Shown: positions 36,988 to 47,900 of the stretch, one piece after another
Numbering within the stretch: the first letter of the stretch is position 1
Layout: each line of letters begins with the position of its first letter
Assembly (NCBI GenBank): GCA_002633005.1
Contig: NMRA01000306.1
Location: 353,866 to 417,865 of the forward strand
Length of the DNA: 64,000 nt
Origin: Phoronis australis
Lineage: Eukaryota > Animalia > Phoronida
Reading direction: 5' to 3'
Position numbers and translations under genes: made by a program
Notes under the pieces: model-generated
Seen by the model: only the letters and a program-made list of their open reading frames with translations
Databases searched by the model: none
What the model was told of the DNA's origin: nothing

Positions 36988-39900
36988 TAGTCGGTGGGCC
37001 AGATTTTGTAGGGCCTCTAGAAAATGGTTTTTGTGAGTACTTTAAGGGGGCAATTTTATTTTGGTGTTTTTTAATTCATTTAATAGAGTGTTTTCAAAAT
37101 CTAAAAAGTTCCCACATATACACTTGCACATTTTCGAGAAATTTGAGTTTGAAGTTACCTAATAATCACCAAAGAGCTTAGTAAATTGATATTTGTAAAA
37201 ACAACAGTTTTGGTGACTTTTTTGTAAAACAAGTAACATGGTCCCATCAGTGCCATTGTATTGAACAATATTACACTCACATTACATGTTTCACTATTGT
37301 AGATTAATTGTAAACAGTGAAATTTAAAAAATGTAAAGAGACACCTAGTGGCAAAAATGCAAACTAAGTCTGAATGTTACTAGGAAATTATTCTGGCATT
37401 GTCTGGCAACAAAAATAACACAAAACACTTGAGACTGGGCAGAATTTGTGCCTCAATGAATAAAACATTGACTAATGGTGTAAAATATAGCTTGTTTGCA
37501 TAATACACCAGAAATACATTATAGTACAAATGAATGATCTCTGTGAATGTGCACACAGACTGTATGAAAATAATAAATTATTCTGACCGCGTTTATCAAG
37601 CAGTATGAGACAAATACATGACAATGATCAAAGTATGTACTTTCTATGACTTAATCAATAAATAAATTAACTTTTTAATACAAAAAACCCGAAATAACGG
37701 TGTTGGAGGTCTATTTAGGGTTGACTTGTCAAAGAACTATCCAATGTTATGCAGTCAGTGTTGCTGATGTTACTACAGTTGTCACAGCTGCATATTTCTG
37801 TACAGTTTGACCCAGCATTGCAGCACCAGCTAAGTTTCCCAGCACACATGTTATTTTTGCACTTGCAGCATTCATCTTTAAGTACTGTCAATGGAGATGC
37901 GGGCATTGCCATACATTTTAACTGCAAAACTCCACCGCCAAGGAGCCAACTATGGTCGATTAGAGAGGGTACAGCACCGCACACTGGTGATTGGCCTGCA
38001 GGCAATGAAGGGTCAAACACTAAGTCCTTGTTTGGAGGCAGGCAGGATTTGGGCAAACGTTTGATTCAAAATATGTTATAATGGGCTGTGTTAATTAGAG
38101 TCAGCAAGTTAATTATTGAACACTAGCCTCAATTCACTTTCGTATCTCTTAGTCGGGCACAAACTACAACAGTGAGTAGCTTCAACAATATTTCTTAAGA
38201 TTGCCTGTCCAAATAACTTCATGCACACCAGCTTTCTGAAGAACAGCTTCAAAGTCTTGCTTTAATTTTGAAAGGCAAATGACATATCCTTGTGTTAGAA
38301 GCTTTGATTCAATGAACTTCAAGCAAAACTGTACAAGAACATCTCTGACAACTGGATTCGTCACTCTTCAAAATTGTTGTCTTTCTATTTTTTATAGCAT
38401 GATGATCTGTGGTACTTGGCTTCTAAGACACAGGGTCTTTATCTTTGAATTTCATTTGCATATTCAGGGCTCTGGACTGAGCTGTTGCTTGCGATACAAG
38501 TCCAACTGAAAAAACCCCGAAACGTTAACACTAATTTAACATTCAACTATGAGTGAGTTGGCATGCAACTTTTTCAGACGGACTTATTAGGAACTGATCC
38601 ACCACCAGCCTAACAAATTTACATGCCGTTTTATCTGTTGCCTAAAAATGTTGATCGTCTAATAATTAGATTAGTTGATGCAACTGAAAATAAATCAGCT
38701 GTTATACCAGTCCAGTGATTGAAATTTATTTTTTTAAATCAGATGCTCAAACCATAGTCAATCAATTTACACTTAAGGTAATAAATCGACATTTGACGAA
38801 ATGGACAGTAGCTTCCATCGTCCTGAAATTACGACGGCGACGATGGCCACTTAGGCACTTTAATTTAATTATCATTACAGCTACCTAAGTAATTAATGTT
38901 TACAAAAAATTGAGAAGAGGTTCCCCCTATCACAGGACAACGGCAGGGAATGACGGCCACTTGGGCATGTTGTTTGCAACCATCTACACCATTTAACCTT
39001 CTCAAAACTTTTTGACTTTAAAAAGTGCTTTAAAATCACACCCACAGTATAACAACATATGATTAACCCTTAGCACAAGAGTGCCGATGTGGCAACTGAA
39101 CAATTGAGTGTTCGAAAAACAGGATTGCAGGAGTATTTGTTTAAACTGGAAACAAATGAAAACATTAACGACCTCCTCAGAGGCATCTCTCTACGCGGTA
39201 CTTCTAAGCTTATAGGAACACAATTTGCTGAAAAGCATCCGACATATGGAGTACCTATGGTATGATCACCGTCTCTGCTGGGTCAGCGGTATTGCCTAAG
39301 GCCTAGGCAACCAAGGGGCTGAACAAGTTAAAAAACAACTGGTGATAATATTGAAACACGTGGAAAACACCAAGATATACCTTTCAAAAACACGTACCTG
39401 TTTTGCAAAGCTATACTTCTTTCTCTTTCTTGAAATATGGTCCATAATATACTTTTCCTGCTAACAAATGACGCACTCCCTCATGTTTCCGAAGGTTCCT
39501 ATGTTATTCAGGTTAATTGGGTGTTTCAGATTTTGGAAGTATAATTGATTTTCTTGGGAAATCTTGGATATCATCTGTATCAGTTTCAGCAACTTCAGCT
39601 TTAGTACTACTGTTGGTGCCTTGAAACATAGCTATGCCGTTCTATGTCCTTTCAATTTCTTGGTCTGACATTTGGTCTTCTACTAGTCTACAGCACTAAG
39701 CAGTATACTGTGTAGGCTATACCAGGACATGAAGCTGTTTTCTGCACAAACGTTTGTGACACCTATTCTTCTTTTTGATCTACTGATCTACAGAGTTCCA
39801 CAGTCCATCAGCTTTCGTCAGGAACCATTCCTAATCTTCTTTAGGCTCTGGCATCACAGTCTTGTGCTGTTTGATAAACCTTGAATTATAGAGGCATCAC

Positions 39901-40176
39901 ACTCCATGGGAGCAGCCATATTGAAGTAACTAAGCACAACAATACATTCTGGCTCTCTGATTGGTCAATTCAATAGAAAAGCGCCACCAAGTGGCAGGAA
40001 TGTGCATAATATTTTGTGCAACAAAAACACCTTTTTTTAAAAAATGTGCAAGTGTAGACGTTTGAACTTTTTGGAATTTGATTTATAGGTATATTATCTA
40101 GCCACATAGAAAAAACTAGGTTGCCCCCCCAAAGTACTCACAAGGATGAAGGCTATGGCATCTGGCCCACCGACTG
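36988..40176 (-). mobile_element. Academ DNA transposon, internally deleted
   Basis: TIR TAGTCGGTGGGCCAGAT / ATCTGGCCCACCGACTG, extending imperfectly about 150 bp (TTGTGAGTACTTT, CACTTGCACATTTT). 3-bp TSD TAA. Minus-strand transposase remnants inside. Confidence 0.88.
37715..38056 (-). pseudogene. Academ transposase C-terminus (Cys-rich zinc finger)
   Basis: LPPNKD...HSWL...CKCKNNMC..SWCCNAGSNCTEICSCDNCSN matches the LPPT..GW..CxCK..C..CSC...CT..CxC..CxN end of Academ transposases. Further remnants at 38182-38364 and about 39400-39910. Confidence 0.82.
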
Positions 40177-40746
40177 TAAGAAAAAAGGACAAAAACACAA
40201 AATTGGCACTTTCCTTTCCAAAACCACCACTTACCTGTCGATGCACGACTAGCCAATTTAAGCCAACCCTAGATTCCGAAACCAAATTTTCTACAGGTTC
40301 AAAAACATGGTACAAAAGTATTGTCAATCAATTACTTGTTCTGGCTTTTTTGACGGCTACCTGAAATTGCAGCCTACTTTCAATCGCTACCCACCAATGC
40401 ACAGGTACAATAGGGGGCAGCCGTCTTGAAAAGATTACAGTTACAGCCGAGCAAGTGGACCTTTCTCATCCCTAACGTTCACAAATACAAAAAAATCAAA
40501 TTCACTGAGCCTACATACAACACGTACCTACCTCAAAACTGTCCCCAAACCTGACCAACCTTTAGGACTTATACTGTTGGCACTGCAAATTGGACGCAGC
40601 TGCAACCTAACTGTTCAGTACACCTATGTAGTCTAAATAAAACGTGTTGCTTTGATGGTTAGAACGCGGGTTTGCAGTACCTTTGTTTGTCTAATTAGAA
40701 GTTGGTTTAACATACACCAGTAATTAATATTATTTAATTGCGCCTT

Positions 40747-40882
40747 CATGGGCAGCGCACCATAGGGGACTGGAGCACGTTTTCAGTGCTGCGCTGCCCA
40801 TGGTCTATGGGGGTGCACCACAGGGGGGCTGGGGTGGGGGGGTGCTATAGCCCGCACATTGTTCAGTGCTGGGGAGCCCATG
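40747..40882. mobile_element. Tandem pair of micro-MITEs, same family as 16069
   Basis: CATGGGCAGCGCA...TGCGCTGCCCATG (40747-40802), then a degenerate second unit ending GCCCATG at 40882. Flank and spacer 5-mers are GCCTT, GTCTA and GTCTT. Confidence 0.75.
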
Positions 40883-41773
40883 GTCTTATGTAACTGAGCT
40901 CTGTGTAATGTACATTTATGAATGGGTACACATGATGCACATGGCTAGCATCTTGCGCGGGTTACGCAAACTTCCATTGGGGCTATTCCACAATCGTTTA
41001 CATTACTAGAGGGCGTGCGTATACTAGATTAAGCAGCCTCGATTTCGCGAGCCCTTTAGATACATGGTGAAATGGATTGCAGCCGTGCCAACTGAATCAT
41101 AGTTTGCGTGAAAAGAGTGCTTCTACGAGAGGAAGTAAGCATGGTCTTATAGAAAGGTAAGGTTTGTGATTATTTTAACGATTAGCATACTTTTAAACAA
41201 CAGAAAGATTATCCATCATTTTTAAATAACCCAAGTCTTCATATCTTCAATTGGAAGAAAAAGTTCACTCAGCCTTAGAACAGAAGTGTGCGTGACAGAC
41301 CCATGAATCTGTAATCGATGTTTAAAATTGATGAAAGTATCAAAAATCAAAAGTCTTGAAAATGGGTAACAAATGCTAAAAGATGTCTCAAATAACTAGC
41401 ATATTTTGCAGACAAGTGATGCGTTTAAAGAATTGTTATGGCTAGACTATATTTTATTATAATATATTATATTATATTATATACAGCCTTGCTTTCTGGA
41501 AATAGTAAAATATTTAAATCTGTGTGAAATTGTAAAGCAGTTGCCAGATCATCTTTTTGAAGAACAAGGGCAACATGTTTGACCCAATCTGACGTACTTA
41601 AAGGATAATGCCACCCTATTTAATTAGTCTTTTTTACCGTCTTAATCAGTCTGGGGCCACATCGGCTCGTACACGGTCGACCTTACCTTGCCGAGAGGTG
41701 TCGCGTTAGCCTGTGAGGAAGGTGAGAAAGTCCGCAGCGACGTCAGTGGTTCGTATGCAGAGTGAATTCCGCC

Positions 41774-42085
41774 GTGGTGTGGTGTGTCGTTCCTGCCTGT
41801 TCGAACTATGAAGCGTCGAGGAAAGCGGGTACATCGTTTTTTCGATTTTCTCGAGAACCCAAAATGCTTCGGAAGTGGCTCGCGGCAGTGAAAAATGACA
41901 AGTACGGAGTTAATACCAAGTACGAGGCCGTGAAACATCTCCGTGTCTGAGGCCGGCATTTCGTGGACAGTGATTTCACTTGCCAAACAGCTCATGCCAG
42001 GGCAGAAAAATCAACCGAGGCTGAAGTCAGATGCTATGCCTAGTGTGTTTGCGTTCGGCAGGCAGGAAGCAAAGAAACGTGGATC
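41774..42085 (+). pseudogene. THAP domain stub of Kolobok transposase (family A)
   Basis: VVWCVVPACSN...FFRFSREPKMLRKWLAAVKN...HLRV*GRHFVDSDF [fs] KQLMPGQKNQPRLKSDAMPSVF: C2CH with the third Cys mutated to TGA, plus an AVPT-like box. Confidence 0.92.
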
Positions 42086-42313
42086 AGTTGTTTCCATTAT
42101 GGTGCAGTTAGCGCACTGACACCATGACAAGTCATTGAGACGGTTTTCGGCACTATCCATGTGCTCCATTGTTTGTGCACGTTCACGGCGCCTCTCTAAT
42201 ACTTCTTGATCACTGTACTCTGGTTCGAACTGATATCCTGAGAAAAATAACGATCTACCTGGTAAGTCTTAGTCAGATGAGTACTCCTCCAAGTCGGGAT
42301 AGGGAGTTGCCAT
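42086..42313 (-). pseudogene. KolX N-terminal stub (family A)
   Basis: MATPYPDLEEYSSD*DLPGRSLFFSGYQFEPEYSDQEVLERRRERAQTMEHMDSAENRLNDLSWCQCANCTIMETT: YxFEP and RLxxxxWCxCxxCxxMxT motifs of KolX / P2X7-ballast-like proteins. Not in the ORF track because of one stop codon. Confidence 0.88.
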
Positions 42314-45300
42314 GTTGACGTTTATTACTAAGCGTTCTGTTTCAGAATGAATTATTCTCACCCTAAGCAATACTTATATAAAACTGAAACAAAGTCTGTC
42401 CCATTAGATGCAATTTGTAATGCCTTTGGAGTGTTCGTTAGTGCAAATGATTTGAGAAGTCAGCAATGAATAAATCACTGCGTTACCGGCTTTAGGTGCA
42501 ATAAAGCTAATTTGACGGGACACCGTGGCCGTGTGAGCGCAAGCCAATTCAGTGTTTGCTGACAGAATCTGTTGTGAAACAATAACTCGATATTCCATCC
42601 CACGGTCAGGTGTTAGGGGAATCTTTATTTACTTATACATTATTCAAATAATGATTGTCAATGTACAGCTTCTGCCCTGGTGGTTCTGTAGCCAAACGGG
42701 AATCTGAATTCACGGCCCCCGACGAGTAGGCCTAAGTAGATTTGCAGTTTCGTGGCTTCACCAAAATAATCACGTGCACATTACTTCTTTAGCTCACTAG
42801 TATAGTATTTTCTTGACTTCAAGCATAGTTTCCAACTTTGGCTGGTTAATGTTCGTGATGTCTTCAGTCCGGTCGCGACGGGCCTGATTGGGTTCCGAGC
42901 CACCGGCCGGGATAACGAGTCAGTCCGGCCGCGACGGGCCTGATCGGGTTCTGAGAAACTGGCCGGGATAACAAGCATTTTTGTGTTTAGAACTAAAAAA
43001 CAAAAGTCTAAACAACACAGATCTAGGTCCTACTGTCTGTATTTCACGGAAAAATACTTAGAAGTTATCTCCGAACAGAACACGAACTCCTGTTACGGAC
43101 CTTGGTAAATTGGTTTGCCCGAAATTTGTTGGCTACGTTGTGTCCAAATACCAATAAATCCGTAACAGTGAAATAAGACAACACGTTTTTATAAGAACTC
43201 GATGTATTTTTAACGGTTTTACATCGAAGTTTGATCATTTGTTGGTGTTAAACAATGAATTCAAGCGATAAGCTGACACCAGTTACCCGTGTTGTGAACT
43301 GCTGAACAGACTGCGTGTGAAACCGATGACGTCAATGGAAAATTTCATCACCTCCGTCTGCCGTCAGGTGTCAGGTAACGCAACCGTACGTGCCGCTATT
43401 GAGGAGAACTACTCGATCTAAATTGATACAAATTAGGTTGTTTTTTGGGTGGCATACTCCTTTAATCATTCATGTTTCAATATTTGTTCCATGTTCAGTG
43501 ACATTTTAAGGCCACTTCAAGCCGCATCATAGACAAGCATTGTTACTCCTCTCTCCCCACAGATGTCGTCCACACACCAGCGGTGCTTCATGGCACAATA
43601 TACAAGCCAGTGGCCTGGAGAAATGTGAATCGCAGTACCGCAAGAAAATGTGCAAGTGGACTATTTTTGTGTGAAGAGGGACTATATCTGACTGCTACAC
43701 CAGCAAGCCACGTTAGTGAGGATGCTCTTTCATTGGCAATGAGTCATCTGTGGACAACAATGGATTATTTCCTTTATTTCCTTTCCTGGAAGAAAAGTGA
43801 GGGACTGAAGTTAAAGAAGACCTAGTTACACTCTTGTCTAGTTCAGGGTCAGATTTTGGGCACAAAGCAAGTCAAGCGACATGATGTTGTGTTTACCTTC
43901 AAGGATCTAACTGTGGACGTTATTGAGGCTGAATGAGATTATATGAAGGAAAGCCACGTGCCGAAATTGGACCTTTTTTCAAGTGCCTCTGTAGGCCATT
44001 GAAACTCGATCCCCGAGTGAAATGAAAACCAAAAGCATCTGATATAAATATCTGTCCTTTCTCGCTGAGTGACATTAACTTTTCCTTTCAGAAGAAAGGC
44101 TTTATACTAATGGTAAAAACTTTTCTCATGTGGAATGACATTCAGTGACTGCATCGATTGTCTTATTGTCAGTGAAAAGCCCCGTTAATGTTACACTTCG
44201 ATGATCGAATAACATTTTCATCAACAGGCATGTTTGTCACTAATTATTCAAACCACAATAATTTCTTCAGTTTTAAAGCTCCATACAGTGCAGTTGTGCT
44301 GCTTCTATATAAAGCTGAAGTGATTACCCATTACGCTTGCGAATTATCGTTTTCCTGTTGACCTACAGAAATGTCCGGCGATCAAAACGAAGTATTCCCT
44401 TTGTTTGCATTTGATTTGTTTGTGTGTGAAGCAATTTCGAGAGCTTTCTTAAGAAGGCCTTTGAACAGTTTTAAGTTTTGTGATAACTTGTCTATAACAA
44501 GAGTTCCGCATGGAAGCAAAGTGTGTTTTGAATCGTACAATGTAGCTAGCTGGATAAGAATTTGCTATGCACAAAATTCGAGAATAAACAATAATCAGTG
44601 TATTTAAAACAAAATGGCAAACTGAAAATCAACATACATACAAAGGAACATTATTAGTTAAAAACAGTTGTTCAACTCTCTCAGGTTATTGCTGAAGGAC
44701 TGCTTTTCACTTTGTCGAAAGGTAAAATAGACGGTAAGGCGGCTGGTTTCAGTAGTTTTCTCTAACCTGTAACAGAATAGTCAGAGAAATATAAGCAAAT
44801 TATAAAAGAAAGCACAAGACGAAACTACTTTTGTAAGGTAGAACGTACTTAACATTTCGTCTTCATGTTTATGAGTAGAAACTAATAAACTTTGTACCCA
44901 AGCCTAATTTAAGATCTGAATAAATTTAAATAAGTGAAACAGGCTAAAAGTGATTTAGGAATGTGCATTTTTATGACACCTAAAATGTGTTTTTCAGCTC
45001 TAAAAATAATAAAATTCATTCTAGGTGTCAGTATTTATTCCAGTGCAATGTTACAAATTTACTGCATAGCTCATTCATGTTAAATCGGTAACTAGAGGTT
45101 GGGGTCTGCTATAAAATAAGGAAACTCACTCATCTAGAGAATTTTATTGGACATAGCATAGTTTTGAAGAGTAACAGCAGTGAAAAAGTCACCCATGACC
45201 TCTTATATTGGGAGCACTATAACCTTGGACAAATTTTATGTGAATATGTGCTGCTGGCCTACCATCCTGGTCCAGAGTGAGTTTCTGAAGAGAAACACTT

Positions 45301-46199
45301 AGTTCCACTGAATAAACCCGTAACTAAACGATGTCGATAGAAACTAAGTGCTAAAAACTTACCAAGTAACGTGATTATGTAGTATCAATGGAAATGAATA
45401 GAGCACACACACGCTGCGTGAGGCTTCGGCATCCACACACTTTTTGTCACTTGGTTGACCCTTTTGATCGCAATTCTCCAGGCCTGTAGTAACCTTAGGT
45501 CTTTTGGGAATCTGTGACCACCTGTCGAAGATTTGCACCCGGAAAAAAGCACTAATAAGGGTTAGCGCGGCGACGTATTTTGATAACAATTCCTTCTTTT
45601 TACCAGCTGTTTACATGCAGACAGCGATGCATGCGCAATTCATGCAACAATAGTACAGCACCGACTGCGCCTCGAATTGCCCCATTTGAATGCTTTTTGC
45701 TATACTATCAACATTTTATACCATAGGCTTTGAATAAGGCGAGTGCAATACGGCCAGTTGATATTGTTTTCCGTATTGCACTTCCGGGACTACTTCAACA
45801 GTGCTCTCTGACAAAAGGTGGGTCAAGGTGATTTACTCGTCGTTAGCCGGTTCGATCATCAAACTTTCCCAAAATATCTTAAAGTAATAAAATTACAGCA
45901 GTCAATGTGCAATCAGGTCTCAAACGTAACATCTGGTACAAAATTGTTAATTATATGACACTTCTGCCTCACTTTTATTGCTGAATATCATACCGTCTGC
46001 AACTCGGGCGCCGATTCCTCGGTAACTACAATATTAGATATTGTCGTTATTTAATTATTTTCCGGAAATGTTAAAAGTTCAATGCGCAATTATATTACCG
46101 TTGTTTTCATCTGTGTTATCTCTTTTGAAGTGAAATATCGTTACATTTAAAAATGTTTCTTTATTAGAGAAGACTTGTAACCTATCGCGCAGGTATATA

Positions 46200-47900
46200 T
46201 ATATACATAGGGTGTGATCCGCCATCGGAACAGTCTGGGTGAAGTATTTAGAAAATCTGCCGACAAAATGAAAGGAACTTACGAATTCAAGGTGTATGGG
46301 ATAAATACAAAACCTACCTCGATTGGCGTAGATGAAGTAATATTCTACAAGATTTTATTCTGCGTATCGACCGCGACCCAAGGTCGAGGTCGGTACGCGG
46401 AATACCGTCTCGTTGGTGTATATATTGTGACAGTGTAAACTTCACTGTACAAGTCTTCCGGCGCGCTAATAAGAATCGGAACGTTTGCCAATGTGCCGGC
46501 ACCTACCGCATTTGGACGGATAGAAACTGCCAAGTTGCTTGGAAAGCACTCTACTACGTTTACGGCTAACGAATTTTGTATAACCACGCTTTTAAAGAGT
46601 TGGCACGATAAAAACATAACCCTTGTGGAAGGATAATAAAAACTACTGCACTATCCTTCTCTCTCATAAAAATAACTAGCTGTAAGATGTGCCCAAATGG
46701 CTCATTTATAGATTTCTGGACCCGTCAAGTTCGTCCTGTCGTATCGAACCTGGCAGTAATCAACCCCAATGTTAGCGGCATCTCCTACATGTATATACAC
46801 CCACGTACAGCTCAGTTGAAGTGCCCTCGGTTGGTTGGAGTTATTGTTTTGTAAACATCAATGACCATGTGTTTTTTTCAATATTCGGATGACTTGGAAT
46901 CACGTACAGTTTTCACTCTCACCTATCAATGCGAGATACGCGCAGTCGCTATTTCATCACCCCAACAACGGTAAAGAAAAGGCGACTAACGCCTAACAAG
47001 GCACGGTTAGCACTTAGCTGAGGTTCTGTATATGTAAATCTCTCATTATTCTGACGCTGTGACAATAATACGATAAGAACACTCCCTTGGATAATGATAA
47101 CAATGATAAACCCATTTAAGTACCTCTTTGCAAAAGATGCTGGTAAATTCGACGACGGAAAAATGTGGCCAAAGCCTAGGGACGAGCGTGCATGCAAAAG
47201 TGAACCACTCAGTTTTTACAGGCATCTTCTAAAGCAACGTCATAGTGTTCTTATCGCTTGCTTGAGTCTAAATTGTCACAGTTTGGCATTCCCGCGACGG
47301 ACATAGTTCGGCGGTATGCAAATTCACTAGTCAGGTCTTAAACAATAGCAAACCGTCAGTATTTTTCAAGCCAATCATTCCTAATCTGAGTTAGCAGCAA
47401 GATGATATCGATTTTATAGCAGCTAGCCTTAGTCAAAAGTGGCTTTTCCACAGAAGACGTGGGTCTTCAACATTAGGCTAACAGAAAGTTGATTAATTGA
47501 AGCTTCCCATTACGTAGCCTCGTTCCAGCCTAAGTGGCCAGTCGGTTTCGTGCAAGCCGTAAGTTCAGGGTTATTTCGGACTGTAATGACTTCCTTATTT
47601 GAAAATTCACATCTTATCGTGACAGGTCTCGCATCGGTCCTGGACGTAAACCAACATTAGTGTACTGTACTACTTAGATCCGACCAGGTTACCTCCATGA
47701 TATTACCACATGTGGCAGTTTCAGACGAAAAAGAAGCACGGAATCATCTTGCAATATAAAAATTGGCCGTGATAATTGACTACATTTCTGGTTCCCTTTC
47801 TCCCAAATTGTCCTTGGTCGAACTACTTTGAGCGGACTGATTCAAAAAATGCCGTCGATTTAAACGGCGTGTTGCCGTTTTTGTTGGGCCTTCTCGTGTA
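46200..47900 (-). pseudogene. Possible ancient LINE relic (ORF1 and endonuclease traces)
   Basis: Weak but ordered motifs on the minus strand: IDGIFES (about 47850), RPVTIR (about 47620), TVTIYTP (about 46420), PFILSADF (about 46260). Confidence 0.25.

Larger units (their letters stand above)
41602..43461 (+). mobile_element. Kolobok family A deletion derivative, copy 3 (most complete coding stubs)
   Basis: TTAA at 41598-41601 and 43462-43465; TIR AGGATAATGCCACCC / GGGTGGCATACTCCT. Contains THAP and KolX stubs and a roughly 50-bp internal duplication at about 42866-42976. Confidence 0.93.
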
